DNA of 64,000 nt from Eledone cirrhosa (taxonomy: Eukaryota). The stretch lies in assembly GCA_964016885.1 (NCBI GenBank), contig OZ024744.1, positions 48,608,001-48,672,000 of the forward strand, read 5' to 3'. The notes under the pieces were generated by a model. It was given only the letters and a program-made list of their open reading frames with translations. It had not been told where the DNA came from and ran no database searches. The number at the start of each line of letters is the position of its first letter. Positions within the stretch are counted from its first letter, which is position 1. The translations under genes and the position numbers were made by a program. Shown here one piece after another: positions 12,295 to 25,499 of the stretch.

Positions 12295-14230
12295 GAATTG
12301 GGTGGTATGGTGGTAGTAGTGGTGGTGGTAGTCATAATTATTTTGCTGGTGGTTTTTAATGACTATTAAATCTAGGTGGTGGTGTTGGTGGTAGTGGTGG
12401 TGGTGTAGATAATGATAGTGGTGGCAGAAATAATTATAGTGGTGGTGGTGGTGGTGGTTTAGATAATGATAGTGTTGGTGGTGTTGTTGTTATAGATAAT
12501 AATAGAGGGGGGGGGGGGGGGGTAGTGCTGGTGGTGGTGGTGGTGGTGTTGATGGTGACATTGGTGTAAATGGTGGTATTGGTGGTGGCTATGTGTTGGT
12601 GGTGATGTTGTTGTGGTGGTGATGATATTGTGGTGGTGGTAATGTTGTGGCAGTGTTGTTTTTGTGGAGGTTTGGTGGCAGTGATAATGTGGTGGTGGTG
12701 GTGGTGGTGGTGGTGGTGGTGGTGGTGGTGATAATGTTGTGGTGGTGATAATGTTGTGGTGGTGGTGGTGATGGTGGTGATAATGTGGTGGTGGTGGTAG
12801 TGGTGGTGGTGGTGATAATGTTGTGGTGGTGGTGGTGGTGGTGGTGATAATGTTGTGGTGGTGGTAGTGGTGGTGGTGATAATGTGGTGGTGGTGATAAT
12901 GTTGTGGTGGTGGTGGTGATGGTGGTGATAATGTGGTGGTGGTGGTGATAATGTTGTGGTGGTGATAATGTTGTGGTGGTGGTGGTGGTGGTGGTGGTGG
13001 TGGTGATAATGTGGTGGTGGTGGTGGTGGTGGTGGTGATAATGTTGTGGTGGTGGTGGTGGTGGTGATAATGTTGTAGTGGTGGTGGTGGTGGTGGTGAT
13101 AATGTTGTGGTGGTGGTGGTGGTGATAATGTTGTGCTGGTGGTGGTGGTGATGGTGGTGGTGATAATGTTGTGGTGGTGGTGGTGGTGATAATGCTGATA
13201 GTGGTTGTGGTGGTAGTGTTGTGTTGGTGGTGGTAATGTTACTAGTGGTGGTGTTGGTGGTGGTAGTAGTGGTAGTAGTGGCAGTGAGGGAATACATTGC
13301 TAGTTAAACAGAATGCCTGTGTTGTTTGTATGTCAGCTTTTGAAATTAGTGTGATGGTTGGAAATAGTGTTAGTGGTGATGGTGGTGGTGGTGGTGGTGG
13401 TGGTGGTGGTGGTTGTGGTGATGATGATGGTAATGGTGATGGTGGTGAAGGTGGTGGTGGTGATTGTGGTGGTGGTGGTGGTGGTGGTGGTGGTGATGGT
13501 GATGGTGGTGGTGGTGGTGGTGATGGTGATGGTGATGGTGGTGGTGATTGTAGTGGTGGTGGTTGTGGTGGTGCTGATGGTGGTGAAGGTGGTGGTGGTG
13601 ATGGTGGTGGTGGTGGTGATGGTGATGGTGGTGGTGGTCGTGGTGGTGATGGCGGTGGTGGTTGGTGGTGGTGGTGATATGGTTGGTGTAATAATAATGT
13701 GTTGTGTTGTTATAACATTGATGGTTGTGGCAGTGGTGGTGGTGTGTTTGTTGATAATGGCAGTGGAGGTGGTGATGTGATTGTTGATAATAGTGTTGGT
13801 TTCGGTGGTGGTGGTAGTGGTGGTGGTATGGTGGTGATGGTTGTGGAGGTGGTGTTGGTGGTGGTTTGTTGATAATGGTAGTGGAGGTGGTGATGTGATT
13901 GTTGATAATAGTGTTGGTGTTGGTGGTGGTGGTGGTGTTGCTTGCTGATAGTGATTATGTTGGGGATGTTGTTGTTGATAATGGTAGGGGTGGTGGTATT
14001 CTAGGTTGTAGTAGTAGTGGTGGTGATGACGGTGGTGGTGGTGTTGGTTATAGTGGTGGCAGTGGGGCAATGGTGTTGGTGGGAGTATTGTTGTTGTTTT
14101 GTTGTTGTTGTTGCTGGTGTTGGTGTTGTTGGTTGCGGTTATGGTGACTGTTGTGGTAGTTGTGGTGGTGGTGATTCTGGTGGTTGAAGTGGTGGTGGTG
14201 TTTGGGGTGGGCGTAATGATGGTGGTGTAA
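12295..14230. repeat. (GGT)n-rich low-complexity tract with a GATAATGTT(GTG)n sub-period
   Basis: Direct reading. Overlapping ORFs are poly-H/T/P/G/V artefacts. Confidence 0.95.
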
Positions 14231-14689
14231 TAGAGGTTTGACTGTTGATTAGACAGAAGACAATGAAAATATTTATTCACATCCCATGTCTGCCTGGGAC
14301 AAGTTGCCAATTTGGTTTCTGTTTTCCTAAACACTTTAGGGAGATTTCTGGTGATTAAAACTGCTTATCTAAATGTTGCTGTTGTTGCTTAGATTCTTGA
14401 TCCAGTGTAGGATTAACTGGTTTAATATCAACTCTGCTTGAAAATGGCCCTGGGTTCTCTGATTCTATGATCAAAACTGTTTGCTTTAAAAGGTTTCTTT
14501 TCCTTCTTTGGATCTATAACTCCTGGTGGAACTGTATGGGTACTGTAGTGATATTTGGTGTTTTTCTTGCACTTTTTAAACCTGGTGGAGCCCATCTCAT
14601 TTCCAGCTCTAAACATTGTTGATTTCTTCTAGGGAAATAAACAAAGTTAGTGATAGAGAAGTAGTGAGAAAGAGATATAGAAGAAGAAT

Positions 14690-14852
14690 CAACCCAGTAC
14701 TTCACTGGTACTTTATTTATTGACCTTGAAAGGATGAAAAGCAAAGTTGATCTTGATGGGTTTTCAACTCAGAACTCACAATGCCAGAATGAATACGGTG
14801 AAGGCCTATTTTTCTATCCAATGTTCTAATGACTCAGCTAATTCACTGCCTT
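14690..14852 (-). mobile_element. Diverged SINE, family A
   Basis: Reverse complement of the GCTTTTCATCCTTTCAAGGTCAATAAATAAAGTACCAG domain and a B-box remnant. Confidence 0.6.
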
Positions 14853-15661
14853 AATTTAATGAGGAAGTTTAATTATATTATTAATATTACTAAATCCCTC
14901 AAAATTCTTGTTCATGTTCAAAATAATTTAAAAACCACAGGCAGTGTCTTTCATTAGAAATATGGTAATAAAAGAGTTTAAATCATGATGAAGGTTTATA
15001 AAAAAAAACTTCATCGTAATTTTATGCAAGAAACTTTGTTTAAGCCCAACTTAATGAGAAAGTTATATTACTAAATCCCTCCTAATTCTTGATTATTTTC
15101 AAGATCATGTGAAAATCATAGGCAGTGTCTTTCATTAGAAAATTCATCCCCTAAGGATCCTTAAGCTTTTATTCACCCCTGCCAAAATGTTATTCACCTC
15201 AAGGGGTCTATAGAGGAGATCCAACCCAGGCAAGCATGTGGCGGTGGTGGTATATGTAGAGGAGCGGGGGGGGGGGGGGGGTGCATACAGACATAAAATT
15301 TTGCCCATGATGATGATTCCTGCCAACCAGCCAAGGAGACCAATGAACCAAGTGGACGTCCCCTATTTCTCCATCACACACATCCCCTTCTTAGGGGGTA
15401 GTTTCTACCCCCCACTCCACCCCACCTCCGTACCTATTTTATTGTGCTGCTTGGTGTGTTAAGGAAGGGGGCTAGAAGTACCTAGCTAGCTGTAAATAGA
15501 AAGTGTCAAAAATTATGACAGCTGATAAAAGAAGGGGTTGGGGGAAAACATGGTGGGGTGGGAAAAAATACCCCAGCCATTTTAATAATAATAATAATAA
15601 TGGTAATAATGATGGCGGCAATGGTAGTAGTACAAGTCCTGAGAATGTGTGTGTATATATG

Positions 15662-15702
<41 letters not shown>

Positions 15703-15737
15703 ATGTCTACATATGCACACATACATACATACCTATC

Positions 15738-15774
<37 letters not shown>

Positions 15775-16543
15775 AATTATTATTATTATATATATATACC
15801 TACACACATGTATATACTCATTACAAACCAAAAATAATTATACATATATATATATATATATGTATAAGATGTACACCCAGTATTATACATTTAAGTACAC
15901 ATACATATATGCATATCAATACATGCACTCACACTAAAACACACACTCACACACACTTGCATACACACAAATTAGAAAGCAATTATGGAAATTATCATTC
16001 CCACCATCACTACTACCACCACTTCAATACAATTAGCAGTGATTACAGAGACAGCTATTAAATGAAGATTCTAAACTCAGAGAGTATCTTAACGAGTTCC
16101 CAGTTTCCGCGTTGAGAACAACTATTTTAATAGGGTTAATGGAAATGTGTATGTGTGTTTGTGTGTGTGTGTGTGCGCGCATTTGTGTGTATGTGTGTGT
16201 GAGTATGTGTGTGTGTGTGTATATATATATCATTTAATATAGAAATGGCTTTTACAGGACTAGAACTGTTTCATTCATATGAAATCATCATTACACTCTA
16301 CTAATGTATTGAGTACCTTTTTAACTGTGGTTACCCCTGATTTCACTTGCAATCTACATACATACATACATATGTAGCGTGGAAGATAGACGTTAAATGA
16401 TGTTGATGATGACGATGATGATAATCTACACACATATATAATCTACACACATGTATATATCTACACATATATATATATGCCTGTGTGTATATAATATATA
16501 TATATATATATACGTATATATATATATATATATATATATATAC

Positions 16544-16592
<49 letters not shown>

Positions 16593-16789
16593 TCCTAGCA
16601 GACACACCTGATGATGGATAATACCCTCTTTCGCCCGTAACTTTTTATTTTCATTATATATATATATATGAATGTATATACAGTGTATTTTGCAATACAC
16701 TGTATGCTTAATTAAAAGCATTTTGAATACTATACGCTAATGTTTTAAAGTAGCGACAATGTCGCTTACATAAATTTTCAGCAAACAAG

Positions 16790-16852
<63 letters not shown>

Positions 16853-17829
16853 GTGTTATAGTACAATGGTATTATAGGACCATGATAAAAAGCACTCAAT
16901 CAAGAGAGTAATATAGTTGGTGTTAGAAAGAGCATCCAGTCATAGAAGCCAAGCCAAAATACAGATCCATATGAGTAAGACATGGTCATCTGACCTGACT
17001 TGTCTCATAATGTGACAGCTTGTCTAGTTCATGCCAACTTGGGAAAGATAAACATTATACATTATACATACATTTTTCCAAGCTAGCATGGGTTAGACAA
17101 GTTGTCCTGTTATGATATATGCCAGGTCAGGTGACCATGTTTTGCTCATACAAAGTGATTTGGGCTCGGATTCTATAGTTGGATACTCTTCCTAGCAACA
17201 ACCATATTTACAGTGTACTGGGTGCTTTTTTTTGTGACACCAACACAACCACATTTACAGTGTGTGCTGAGTGCTTTTTGTCATGACACCTACACATCCA
17301 CTTTACAGTGAGCACTGGGTGCTTTTTGTCATGTCACCAACATAACCACTTTAAAGTGTAGGCTGGGTGCGTTTTGTCGAGACACCAAAAATGACCACAG
17401 TGTGGACTGGGAGCAGAGTGGGAGATGTACTTGGGGATTGGATAGGTAGATTTAGTGGGGAGTAGGTGGATGAAGGTTGGGGTGTTAGGGCATGGGAGTT
17501 GTATGGAAAAGGGAACGGGAGGTAAGGAAAAGTAGTGCATACTAGTCGCATGCTTCAACCTGTGTACATGGGAAGGTGAGTCTTCTGCATTGCTGCATAA
17601 CACCAGAGATCTCAATTCTGTATCATCGTCTGTATATCAGGTGTAATTGTGCAAGGTCAGTTTTTATCACCTCATCTCAAGTCTTCCCAGGTCTTCCTAC
17701 TCCATAAATTCCAACAACTTTGAGCATCCTGTGCCTTTTTATACAGCTGTCATCTTCATACGCACTACATGCCCATACCAATGCAATCTCCTCTCTTGCA
17801 CATTACATATATATATATTTATATATTTC

Positions 17830-18075
17830 AAAAGATGGCAATATGAAGGAACCTGTTATTTTTCTCTAAAAAAGGTTTTTCTTTTCCATTTCTACCCTAC
17901 TTGTCTCCTAAATCTTTCTATTTCTTCTTTAATTTCTCATTCTTACTTCTGATGAAGGATTAGCATCTGAACCCTTAACACCTTTTCCTACTATCTCAAG
18001 CATAAAACTAATAATATATTTCTTCATTGTACTGTGTCATTTGTTTTGTTATTTCTGTTTGCCTTTTGCATTCAT
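17830..18075 (+). mobile_element. PLE pseudo-LTR remnant with a decayed hammerhead (CTGATGA at 17949)
   Basis: TTTCTCATTCTTACTTCTGATGAAGGATTAGCATCTGAAC matches the reverse complement of 41310-41375, the 3' end of the PLE remnant at 41195-42700. Confidence 0.6.
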
Positions 18076-18104
18076 ACGTATATAATATATATATATATAT
18101 ACAC

Positions 18105-18485
18105 GAGTCTGAGATTTAGACACTGACCAAGAAACTCACTCAGATTGTGGATGGGTGCTACACGAGAATGCTGAGGATGGCTCTGAACATTAATCAGTAT
18201 ACACAGTATACACTAAGGGGAAAGAACTCAGAGCTGTACAGGAGCCTCCCAAGACTGAGGTTAGCTGGATATGCTCACCGACATCCAGTGTTGACACTGC
18301 ATTCAGTGCTCCTGTGGGAGCCCCTTCTTGGACACACTAGAAAAGGGAGACCAAGGTCGACATGTGTTGATGCCCTAAGGACAGACACCGGTCTCTTGGC
18401 AACACAGGACATGGCAGCGATAATGAGGGATAGAGACCGCTGGAGAGAACTCGTCCATGGATCTCATGAATTTTACCCGCCTAGA
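18105..18485 (+). mobile_element. RTE-like LINE, 3' ORF fragment
   Basis: LTKKL..DGCYTRMLRMALNI..RLRLAGYAHRH..LLWEP..G.RKGRP..D.L..DTGL..M.DR..WR is a typical RTE-clade C-terminus. Confidence 0.75.
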
Positions 18486-18566
18486 TATATATATATATGA
18501 CTTCACCCTTGAAAAGGCTTGCTGAATACACAAGCCAAAACCCCTTGGCGCTGTCATCGAATTTTA

Positions 18567-18674
<108 letters not shown>

Positions 18675-18675
18675 A

Positions 18676-18718
<43 letters not shown>

Positions 18719-18731
18719 TATATACATATAT

Positions 18732-18766
<35 letters not shown>

Positions 18767-18767
18767 A

Positions 18768-18822
<55 letters not shown>

Positions 18823-19111
18823 TATATACATATATATATTTAGATGTGTAGGAAAAACAAACACTAGGCGTGAAGTATAGAAAAAATGAAGAATTTTATC
18901 AAAATTTTGTTCTTTTTCTATACTTCACCCCTAGTGTTTGTTTTTCCTATACTTTTAAAAATATTATTAATCCATGATCTTCCACCTGGATACTATAATC
19001 TGATCCCTCTTATTGGAGTACTACTGTAACCTACAAGAACCATGTTGAGAAAAATACTTTGGTAAGCAATCTTGTTTTACTTTAGTTTGTACACTTATCT
19101 ACACAAAAAAC

Positions 19112-19547
19112 GAATCGAATATTATTGTTAATATTAAAAAAACTCAGATTACATTTATTGTATTCATCCATGTAGAGTAATAAACTATTTGAATATGGCA
19201 AAGCTGGCCATTAATTACCAGTATAGATGAAACTGACTGGCCAATCTGCTGATATGTAAATCTGGTTGATCAGTGGATCTGCTAATATGCAGATCTGACT
19301 GATCAGCTAGTCTGCTAATATGTAAATCACTGTATATTCCAGAAAATATCATATATTTTCACTAGCTCTGACAGTACTGATGAAGGGTAATACCCAGAAA
19401 CATTAGAGTCTGCAGTTCTGTTTACATGGGAACACAAGAGCAAGAATATCAGGGTCATTCTACTGACATGGCTTTAAAGAGGCTGTTTGCATAATTGCAA
19501 ATGAATCAAATATTATTATTAATATTTGAAAAACTCAGATTACATTT
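19112..19547 (+). mobile_element. Small non-coding element with ~45-bp terminal direct repeats and a hammerhead-like core (PLE pseudo-LTR or retrozyme-like)
   Basis: GAATCRAATATTATT...AAAACTCAGATTACATTT occurs at 19112 and 19503. CTGATGA-AGGGT-AAT-ACCCA-GAAAC at 19377-19401. The 3' part recurs inverted at 52320-52432. Confidence 0.6.
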
Positions 19548-19565
19548 CTTATATATATATATATA

Positions 19566-19897
19566 TCATCATCATCATCATCATTTTACGTCTGCTTTTC
19601 CCTGCTTGCAAGGGTGGGACGGGAACTGATTCTGGCTTGGTTTCTACAGCTGGATGCCCTTCCTAACACCAACCTCATTTACAGTGAGTGCTGGGTGCTT
19701 TTTTGCCATGGCACCTCCACGACCACTTTGCAGTGGTGATATGGACCCCAGTCCCTATCATCTCATTTCTACAGCTGAGTAAACTGAAGCAATGTGAAAT
19801 AAAATGTCTTGCTCAAGGAAACAACACATCACCCAGTCTGAGAATTGAACTCACAACGTTTCGATTGCAAGGCCAATGCTCTAACCACTAAGCCATG
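19566..19897 (-). mobile_element. SINE family B with RTE-type 3' tail and (GAT)n end
   Basis: Near-identical to 39293-39612, 44056-44395, 50956-51327 and 62623-62944. Confidence 0.85.
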
Positions 19898-20180
19898 TAT
19901 ATATATTCTGCTAATGTTGGAGGGTTTAACTGAGTAGACCTAGTCAACCCAAATTGCAGACCCTATACAATATGCAATGTTATGTGTATCCTCCATCATA
20001 AATGTGGTATCTCATGGTTGGTGCAGGAACAGAGTTAAATACTTCAATGAAAAAGATGGCCATCTGTTGCAGTGATTGCAATTCTGAACAAGGGCCACTT
20101 CGATATCAATTCTTTGTTTATATTTTACCATAATCCAGTGGGGATTAGTGAACTAAATCTTTTAAATCTTTTATGTTCAT

Positions 20181-20233
20181 TACACCTGATGTCTTGCATC
20201 ATAATCCAATGACATAGAAATATGCATTGTGTA
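20181..20233 (+). ncRNA. Decayed minimal hammerhead motif
   Basis: TACAC-CTGATG(T)...ATGACATA-GAAA-TATGCA-TT^GTGTA. Stem I TACAC/GTGTA is perfect; core A9 is mutated. Confidence 0.45.
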
Positions 20234-20510
20234 TTTATGCAACATTAAAGGAATATATTGGAATCCAGCCTTCTTATATGTATATATTAGGACAGATAGA
20301 CAGATCAACAGATCTATCTGAGACACAAAAGCCCTGACAACTATATAAATACTGCTTAAGCGTTTGTGTGTATATGTATATCTATATGTGTATATGTATA
20401 TATATATATATATCCAGGGAGTGTAACATCAAGTTACTGTAGGTTCACCCAGGTGAGCACTAGATGTTTAGGTTCACATCAGTGGCAAGGTGTAGAGCTA
20501 GACAGAGTGT

Positions 20511-20725
20511 AAGCTTTCATTACGTTTATTAATTGCTGATGCGTGTTTCGCTATTGATCAGCTCAAGGTTCGATTTGTATCGATCTGGCCCAACTCTGGA
20601 ATCAAAAGCTCGTCAGACCTCTGCGGACCATTCTGTCATTACAACAACAGAGTTCCGACGAGCGTTACAGATACAACCTTGATAGCGAAATGCGCGTCAC
20701 CAATCAATAAACGTAATGAAGGCTT
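20511..20725. ncRNA. Fold-back carrying two outward-facing hammerhead motifs (minus 20535-20620, plus 20650-20703)
   Basis: Minus strand: GGT-CTGACGA-GC...GC-GAAA-CACGCATC^AGC. Plus strand: GTT-CCGACGA-GC...GC-GAAA-TGCGCGTC^ACC. Consensus GGT CTGACGA GC..GC GAAA CGCGCG TC^ACC. Outer ~40-bp arms are complementary. Confidence 0.7.
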
Positions 20726-20972
20726 AACAAATTGTCCTTGTATTGTTATATATACATTAGTGAAGGTAGTCTTAGTGTTGAGCTCATGACCATAGGCTCA
20801 TTAGTTTGATTCCCTGACCAGTCAGCATGTTGTGCCCTTGAGCAATATGCATTAGTTTACATTGTCCCAGTCAACTCAGCTAGTAAAAAGAGTTGGTCCT
20901 GTAATTCATGAAGCAAGGCCCACCATGTTACACATTGTTTATGAGTGTGTGTGTCTGTGTGTGTGAGTGTGA

Positions 20973-21071
<99 letters not shown>

Positions 21072-21816
21072 AGTGCGCGTGTGTGTGTGTGTGTGTTTGA
21101 GTGCGCGTGTGTGTGCAAGTGTTTATATAGTATAACTTACAGTTCAACAAAATAGGACATAGATCAAATAAGTAAGAGACTTGAAAAAAAACTGTACTCG
21201 GATCAAAATTATCCATTGAATCAAGGCCATACTACAGCATGTCCACTGTCTAATGACTGAAATTCGTAAAAGAATAAAAGAATATATACATTACACACAC
21301 AGATGTACACACCCAGATACACTCACATACACACATATTTCCACACACACATTCACATGATTACAGAGTGAAGAAGTGTCAGGAAATTCCAGTGGAAGGG
21401 AAATGTATTAGAGATAAACCAAAGAAAATGTGGGTGGAGGTGCTGAGAGCTGACCTCAAATCACTGAAACTCACTGAGGAGATGACAAAAGAACACAATG
21501 AGTGGAGAGATACTGTGTTGAAAAGGACCCTTCCAACCCATGCAAACATAGAACAGTGGACATGAAAATGATGATGATGAAATATATATATATTTGTTTA
21601 TATTAGAGGAGGACCACGGAAAAACATGCATGGGGGTAGTAAGCGTTGGTCTCAGATTGCTGAAGCTCACAGAGGAGATGACAAAGGACCATAACAAATG
21701 GAGAGATGCTATGGCTGAAGATTATAAGAACAGATTAAATTTAAGCTATATATACACACACACATATATATATATATATATATGCACACTCACGCACACA
21801 CATATATATATATATG

Positions 21817-22212
21817 TGAAGGTGCATGGCCTTGAGCAGTAGGCTTGCAATCGAAAGGTTGTGAGTTCAATTCTCGGACCAGGTGATGTGTTGTTTCTTG
21901 AGCAAGACACTTTATTTCACGTTGCTCCAGTTTACTCAGCTGAAAATGAGTACCAGCAATAGCTGGAGGTTTAACCCTGTGATGGACTGGCGTCCTGTCC
22001 AGGGGGAGTCTTGTACTCTCAGTTGCTTCACGTCATGAAACCGGGATAAGCACCGGCCAAATAAGCCTTCTGGCTTAAGACAGACTTTAGACTTATGGCC
22101 TGCCTGCCCAGCCAGTAGGATGGCGTCATCGTATGGCTAAAAACAGCACGTGCTGTGACCAGCGGCGCCGAATGGTGCCCGACAGACTGGTCAGTCAAGG
22201 TGATCAAGGTGA
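21817..22212 (+). mobile_element. SINE family B variant with a different 3' tail
   Basis: tRNA-like head (GGCTTGCAATCGAAAGGTTGTGAGTTCAATTC) and CORE-like domain, then CCCTGTGATGGACTGGCGTCCTGTCCAGGGG and a non-RTE tail. Confidence 0.7.
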
Positions 22213-22285
22213 TATATATATAGTAAATAAAGGATTATGAGTTCATGCAATTGACTTATGTTTCGTCACTATATATACATATATA

Positions 22286-23760
22286 TATAGTTATAGGAAT
22301 AACCAAAGAGTGCTTAGAAATACATTGTTTTATTAGCTAACAGTGTTTCATCTCCATACCCCATGGCAGGAATCATCAGAGCCTATAAACAAGAGTATAT
22401 CAATAGTTGCATGCTCCATCGAGCTGCATCACCAGAACAAGGTTAAAGGACCAGCAGGGGGTCCCAAGGCCAGCGCTATATGGAAAAAGACAGAATACAT
22501 GATGCACATAATGTCATAAAATGAATGATGCACATAATGTCAATATAATAAACCCGCCTATTAGTATAACAATATATGCTCATTCTGCCATATGTGATTC
22601 TGGAAGCGGAGTTTCCTATATACACTTTTTCCCTATATGTAACGGGATAGCCATCACGATTTGTATTTACTGTGGTACAGTTGTATGTGGTGCGATACAT
22701 TGGTTGAACGTCAACTTGGACATACAGTGAATTTCACCTGGCACGTTGGATTTAGCGACCGAAGGTGAGGATTTTGGGGAATGCCAGTTTCTGCGGACCT
22801 GGCGTGTTTTCAATTTCCTCATATCTGTGCCGGCTGTATATGTACCATACATTTCTTTAACTCGTCGTACTTTCTTTTATTTTTTTTTGTAGATTTTAGG
22901 TGTAAATCCCAGACCGCCCATGGTGATAAATCCCCTGGGTATAGCTTTTGGAAAAATAGTGTTATCTCACTGGAACATATCGATGTGGTTCGTAGGGTGC
23001 GAATATGATAAGGAGGATCGACCTGTTACAAGGCGATATAATTGGAGTACACCATCCCTCATATGGACTATCATACATGTAAGGCTGCACCACTGCTAAC
23101 CAACTATTCTTTTCACAAACTCATGCTTGCAAACTGTCTTAATCTGCCTGTACACCCTCTTTTTGCACTTCTTATGATTTGATGTATCTATGCTTTGCTT
23201 TGTCTTATATTTTGGGGGGTTTCCGGGCTTTTTGTTCCTTTATTGTTTTGTATTTTTATATTTATCTCTTTTCTTATCCCTATATTTTTGTACTTTTTTA
23301 TTATTTTTTTATTATTTTATTATTGTTTCTGATCATGCTGAGTAACCTCACTCATCTCTTGCTACCCTCTCCCAACCTCTTTATCATCTATTGCACCATT
23401 TAAGTGATAAACTTTTGGTGTAATTTTAAAATTTTTTAAGACAGTTTATGACATGTGCATCATGTATTCTGTCTTTTTCCATATAGCGCTGGCCTCGGGT
23501 CCCCCCTGCTGGTCCTTTAACCTTGTTCTGGTGACGCAGCTCGATGGAGCATGCAACTACTGATATACTCTTGTTTATAGGCTCTGATGATTCCTGCCAT
23601 GGGGTATGGAGATGAAACACTGTTAGCTAATAAAACAATGTATTTCTAAGCACTCATTGGTTATTCCTATAACTATAACGGCTCTGTAGTATACTAGTTA
23701 TCCTACATTGAACTAAAACCACACTGTCATACGAAGGGCAATATATCTGCATGTCTGGGC
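22286..23760 (+). mobile_element. Non-autonomous Penelope-like element with an inverted 5' copy of its hammerhead-bearing pseudo-LTR
   Basis: Near-identical ~230-bp inverted arms at 22286-22521 and 23445-23677, each containing GGCT-CTGATGA-TTCC..GGAG-AT-GAAAC-ACT-GTT^AGCT. The interior has scattered PLE-like peptide remnants. Confidence 0.7.
23580..23628 (+). ncRNA. Minimal hammerhead motif (mirror copy on minus strand at 22335-22383)
   Basis: CTGATGA at 23584-23590 and GAAAC at 23614-23618. GUU triplet. Stem I is GGCT/AGCT. Confidence 0.6.
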
Positions 23761-24089
23761 ATATTGATATATTTGTCAACGAAACTATATATATATATAT
23801 GATGATGATGATGATGATGATGATATGGTTGGGGTAGGGTGTCAAAAGTTTCTTTCCATTCGAAAGGCATTCATCAACTAAACTCGAAGTCATAGGAGGA
23901 GACTATGACCCAGGGTGCTGTGAACCCAGAACCAACTGGTTGGCAAATGAACTCTTTAACGTGGCCGGAGTTCAGCCATCGGGGTCCTGAAATTTTTCAC
24001 ATTACCCACTCTACTACTGCAAGTATCAAGTACTCTGGTGAGTAATGGTCTAACTGGTTTTTACTGCATCCATTCTGCTTCAATTCTGA

Positions 24090-24125
<36 letters not shown>

Positions 24126-24579
24126 TGTATGTATGTATGTATGTATGTATGTATGTATGTGTGTGTGTGTGTATGTATGTGTGTATGTATATATATATAT
24201 GTGTGTGTGTGTGTATGTGCGTGTGTATGCTTGCGTGCGCTTGCATGTGCTTGCGTGTCCTTGTGTGTATGTGTATATATGAGCCAGTGTGTATGTAAAT
24301 GGGGTGATGTGGGTGTGATGGGGGATATGATGTGTTTGGTGGTGCTGTATATATATTTGTACGTATGCATATATATATATACACACACATATGGACACAC
24401 AATCGTACATACCTATATAGATACACACATACATACCTGTATATATACATATACACACATGTATGTATGTATAATCAGCATGTTATCTATTTTCCATTAG
24501 CAGGGTATATATAGACATTAATCACTGTGTTATCTACAATTTAATTACCTTCTGTGTTTAGCTTATCAATTTGTGTGCA

Positions 24580-24638
<59 letters not shown>

Positions 24639-24772
24639 GTGTGTATATATATATATATATGTATAAATGTGTGTATATGTATTTGTATAGGTTTATTTGT
24701 TATTGTTGGATGAGAGTCTGTATATTGTCTAGTACAATGTGTAATATATGTGTGTGTATATATACATATGTT

Positions 24773-24808
<36 letters not shown>

Positions 24809-25115
24809 CATTATTACAAACACACACACACCTACAGCTTATTACAGATTATAAGTTCACTGGGTACAGCTAAATTTCAGAGAAAAATGCCTTTGGCTAA
24901 AGACATTTTTCTTTGTCTTTTACTGAACAACTTAAATGTTTAAGCATACTAAAGTTTTAACCCTGCAAAACCAAACCCTGTCTGAACTCTTTTGTAAAAC
25001 AAAACTGTTTAGTTAAAAGAGTTAAATTGCTTATGTTTATCCCCCCCAAAAAACATACCATCATAATTTTATGTAAGAACCTCAGTTGAGTTACCTTCCA
25101 AACATTATCTTAACT

Positions 25116-25499
25116 GCAGTGAATTGGCAGTATCGGTAGAGGGTCGGACGCCATGATTTCCAGCAAAGTTACACCCCTTTACGATCTGAGTTCAAATCCC
25201 GCCGAGGTTGAATTTGCCTTTCATCCTTACGGGGGTCGATAAAATAAAGTACCAGTAATGTACTGGGTAATTGCTGGCCTTGTGCCTAAAGTAGAAACAA
25301 TTATACAGTGTGGTGGATCGGCAGTATCGGTAGAGGGCCGGACACCATGCTTTGATGCATAGAGTTATGGCCCTTGCCATTCTGAGTTCAAATCCCGCTG
25401 AGGTTAACTATGCCTTTCCTCCCTACAGGGTCGATAAAATAAAGTACCAGTAATACACTGGTGAATTGCTGGCCTTGTGCCAAAAGTAGAAACAATTAT
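25116..25499 (+). mobile_element. Two tandem SINE family A copies (25116-25303 and 25308-25499)
   Basis: Each has A/B boxes, the middle domain and the GTAGAAACAATTAT end. Confidence 0.85.

Noticed and set aside
12434-14334. His/Thr/Pro/Gly-rich ORFs resembling mucins or extensins
   Set aside because: Pure (GGT)n-derived repeat that is open in several frames on both strands, with no splice or domain evidence.
14240-15460. Possible host-gene exons in non-repetitive-looking sequence
   Set aside because: Only short ORFs without recognisable domains or convincing paired splice sites. A small exon cannot be excluded without RNA-seq.
22476-22700. Minus-strand ORF with KVYIG resembling a GIY-YIG nuclease
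   Set aside because: It lacks the other GIY-YIG residues, and the better collinear PLE-like remnants are on the plus strand.
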